A DNA stretch of 29,329 bases from Candidatus Zixiibacteriota bacterium (GTDB lineage: Bacteria; RBG-13-66-14; B26-G2; WVWN01): the NCBI GenBank assembly GCA_050117845.1, contig JASFLY010000035.1, forward strand, positions 1 to 29,329, read 5' to 3'. A program made the translations under genes and the position numbers. A model generated the notes under the pieces. The model did no database searches and was not told the DNA's origin. It worked only from the letters and a program-made list of their open reading frames with translations. This document shows, piece after piece, positions 26,982 through 29,329 of this stretch. How positions within the stretch are numbered: position 1 is the first letter of the stretch; each line of letters opens with the position of its first letter.

Positions 26982-27913
26982 CAATTTGCGCCGTCCCGCC
27001 CTATCTCGAGCATGCGACTAATGGCCCGCCGGGCCGGCTCCGCCACTTCCCGCGGGATATCTATCTCGTACTGACCGAGCCGCAAGGCGTCGCGCACGCT
27101 CTCGAGTGTGGTTAGTTTCATGGTAGGGCAAATGGCCTGTTCCGTGACGGGCCAGAATTCCTTATCCGGGCAGCGTTTGCGCAGCGGATAAAGCATGCCC
27201 TTCTCGGTTCCTATTATGAATCCGGCGGCGTCCGACTCCGCGCAATACGTCAACATGCCGGAAGTGGACCGGACGGCGTCGGCGAGTTCTATGACTTCCA
27301 TCGGGCATTCGGGGTGCACGACGACCCGGGCCTTCGGGTGCTCCCCCTTGGCCTCGATAACCATCTCTGCGGTCAGGCGGGCGTGCGTGGGGCAACAGCC
27401 CGGCCACACGACGATATCGCGCCCCGTCATCTTGCGGACGTAGGCGCCCAGGTGCTGGTCCGGCGTGAAGATTACCTCGGCCTCTTCGGGAATCGACGAC
27501 ACGACCTTGACGGCGTTGGCCGACGTGCAGCAAACGTCGGTTACGGCCTTGGTCGCCGCCGTCGTGTTTACGTACGATACCACCGAGGCGCCCGGGTGCT
27601 TCTGCCTCAGGGCCGCGAGGTCGTCGGGTCGGACCATATCGGCCATGGGGCAATTGGCGTCCCGCTCGGGAAGAAGGACCGTCTTATCCGGGTTCAAGAG
27701 CTTTACGGTCTCGGCCATAAAGCTTACGCCGCAGAGGACGATAACGTCGGCATCGGTGCCCACCGCCTGTTGCGCCAGGCCCAGCGAATCCCCGACGAAG
27801 TCGCCGATATCCTGTATCGCCGGTATCTGGTAATTGTGGACGAGGAACGCGGCGTTTTTGCTTTTCTTTAACTCCGCGATTTCTTCCAGTATTCGCGTTT
27901 CTATATTATCCAA
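26981..27913 (-). CDS. nadA: Quinolinate synthase (4Fe-4S)
   Basis: HNYQ, GDSL, CGV.FMAE, CPMA, YVNT, CTSANA, PDQHLG, C.TH, HPEC and CPTMK motifs. Start is TTG 27913 or ACG 27922. Confidence 0.97.
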   Translation of the reverse strand: MDNIETRILEEIAELKKSKNAAFLVHNYQIPAIQDIGDFVGDSLGLAQQAVGTDADVIVLCGVSFMAETVKLLNPDKTVLLPERDANCPMADMVRPDDLAALRQKHPGASVVSYVNTTAATKAVTDVCCTSANAVKVVSSIPEEAEVIFTPDQHLGAYVRKMTGRDIVVWPGCCPTHARLTAEMVIEAKGEHPKARVVVHPECPMEVIELADAVRSTSGMLTYCAESDAAGFIIGTEKGMLYPLRKRCPDKEFWPVTEQAICPTMKLTTLESVRDALRLGQYEIDIPREVAEPARRAISRMLEIGRDGAN

Positions 27914-27934
27914 CGTGTCCGTATCCGTGACCTC

Positions 27935-29065
27935 CTACTCCGGCGAGGGGACCTGGCCGAAGGCCTCTTCTATGGGAAGGTCGCTGTTCACCCGGAGCGA
28001 GTGCGACGTCTCGTCGCCGGTTACGAAATATACCTCGTGGATGCCGGAGCCGGCGAGTATCGGGTATTTTGCCTTGAAACCGCCTCCGTTGAGTTTCACT
28101 TCAAAGCGGCCGTTACCGTCCGCGAATATCAAACGGCCGCTGCCGTTAAGGACTTCCCCCTCCACCTCGAGAACGTAAAACTCCGATTTATTGGTGATAT
28201 GTTTTTCGTCGAGAACGTCTACTTCGGTTATGCCTGCCCCGAAATTTATGGGGTCGTCCGGGTCAAAAGTCCCCAGGAAAAAGCCCTCCATCGCGCCGTA
28301 CTCGTCCACGCCCCGTCGGGCCAGGACCACCCGCCGTTCCCCATCGTCTTTCCTGAATACCAGCCGCACGACGACCCGGCCGGCCTCCGGTTCGAAGATA
28401 TAAGTATCGGTTTCGTCCAACCAAACGCCGACCACGTCGTCGGTGGCGAGCGTGAGTTCGACGCGGCGCGCGGCGGCCTCATCGTCCTCGAGGCGGGCGG
28501 ATTTCAACTTAATCGTCCGTTTTGAGAATACCTGCGTACAGAAAAGCGTCCCTTCCTCCGATACCGCACAGCCTATACCGGTGTGGGTAAACCGCCGGTC
28601 CATGATATTATCCCGATGGTACTCGCTGGCCAGGAGCAGTTCCGTCAGCTCCCGGCCGATTTCCCCGGGGTCCTCCGAAGGGGGAACGTTGTTCTCCGAG
28701 GCCAGGTTCTCCGCCACCGAGATGTCGGAAAGGCCGGCGGAATAAACCCGGTCCACTACATCTTTGAGCCCCGGCGTCGGCGAATCGTGCGAAAAGTAAT
28801 ACAATCGGGTCATTTCGTCGGAGTGCTGCCTCGCCGCCGTCATAAGAAGTTCGTCCCAAACCAGCGTCCCCAGGCCGCTCTCCTCCCGGACGCGATTCAC
28901 CTCGTCGAACATCGCGCGCTCCACCGCCGGCAGGCCGGATATTTCTGCGAAAAGATCCGTCCGGAAATCCGCGGTTTCGGCGAACGCCGGCCCGCCTATA
29001 AACGAAACGGCGACATATGCGACGGCCGAAATCCGTAAAGCACTTCGAAATAAATCTTTTTTCAC
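27935..29065 (-). CDS. Exported CAP/SCP-domain protein with a beta-rich C-terminal region
   Basis: Signal peptide ending AFA. VN..R...GL..L, AARQHS.EM, YFSH, AENL, S..HR.NI, GIG and TQVF motifs. Confidence 0.88.
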   Translation of the reverse strand: MKKDLFRSALRISAVAYVAVSFIGGPAFAETADFRTDLFAEISGLPAVERAMFDEVNRVREESGLGTLVWDELLMTAARQHSDEMTRLYYFSHDSPTPGLKDVVDRVYSAGLSDISVAENLASENNVPPSEDPGEIGRELTELLLASEYHRDNIMDRRFTHTGIGCAVSEEGTLFCTQVFSKRTIKLKSARLEDDEAAARRVELTLATDDVVGVWLDETDTYIFEPEAGRVVVRLVFRKDDGERRVVLARRGVDEYGAMEGFFLGTFDPDDPINFGAGITEVDVLDEKHITNKSEFYVLEVEGEVLNGSGRLIFADGNGRFEVKLNGGGFKAKYPILAGSGIHEVYFVTGDETSHSLRVNSDLPIEEAFGQVPSPE

Positions 29066-29072
29066 TTAAAGG

Positions 29073-29101
29073 ATATTATCACGTAAGCGTCGAGAACGCA
29101 A
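29073..29101 (-). promoter_or_regulatory. Promoter of the CAP-nadA-nadC-merR run
   Basis: TTGCGT-N17-TAATAT with an extended TG, 7 nt before the GTG start. Confidence 0.6.
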
Positions 29102-29110
29102 GGAAAAAAC

Positions 29111-29140
29111 TTGCTTTCCGGCTTGTAAGATGTTATTAAT
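29111..29140 (+). promoter_or_regulatory. Promoter of coaE
   Basis: TTGCTT-N17-TATTAA(T) with an extended TG, ending about 6 nt before the ATG. Confidence 0.5.
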
Positions 29141-29145
29141 TCCCG

Positions 29146-29329
29146 ATGCCCATTAACGCGAATCCTTTAATAGTTGGCCTTACGGGCCCCATAGGCGCGG
29201 GTAAAACCACCGTCGCGGACCTTCTCCGAAAACAAGGATTCCCCGTTATCGACGCCGACCGCCACGGCCGAGATGTACTGTCGGAGCCCGGGGCCGTGCG
29301 GGAACGCCTCGCCGAGGCATTCGGCCCCG
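29146..29329 (+). CDS. coaE: Dephospho-CoA kinase, N-terminal fragment
   Basis: MPINANPLIVGLTGPIGAGKTTVADLLRKQGFPVIDADRHGRDVL; truncated by the window end. Confidence 0.92.
   Translation, partial: MPINANPLIVGLTGPIGAGKTTVADLLRKQGFPVIDADRHGRDVLSEPGAVRERLAEAFGP

Overview
High-GC bacterial chromosome segment, mostly housekeeping and cell-envelope genes. It has no integrase, transposase, rRNA or CRISPR array. Inference: LPS genes and secreted proteins with FlgD/T9SS-like C-terminal domains suggest a diderm FCB-group candidate-phylum organism. All genes from 1 to 12392 are on + (tsaC fragment, gmk, coaBC, family-4 UDG, GT-C/CBM membrane protein, Cys-rich membrane protein, M3-like peptidase, kdsA, kdsD, lptC, nrdR, galT-like, glgA). 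All genes from 12596 to 29065 are on - (CAP protein, nadA, nadC, MerR-like, tRNA-Pro x2, TIGR00725, acyP, two tandem C25-like proteases, RpoS-like sigma, apt, tRNA-Arg, a GYF/RDD-CsgG-TPR-sppA cluster, DUF4349 lipoprotein, HU/IHF, bS22-like peptide). A partial coaE starts at 29146. Main observations: (1) a dif-like site (12531-12558) exactly where the two blocks converge, probably the replication terminus; (2) lptC and nadA each have a strong Shine-Dalgarno (SD) followed at optimal spacing by in-frame ACG, suggesting ACG initiation; (3) tRNA-Pro(GGG) has a G1:C72 pair and A32/G38; (4) the protease duplication left a relic of the sigma-gene start as a 29-aa ORF; (5) a REP/BIME-like cluster; (6) a 29-aa bS22-like gene missing from the ORF track. 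All calls come from motif recognition by eye; no searches were run.
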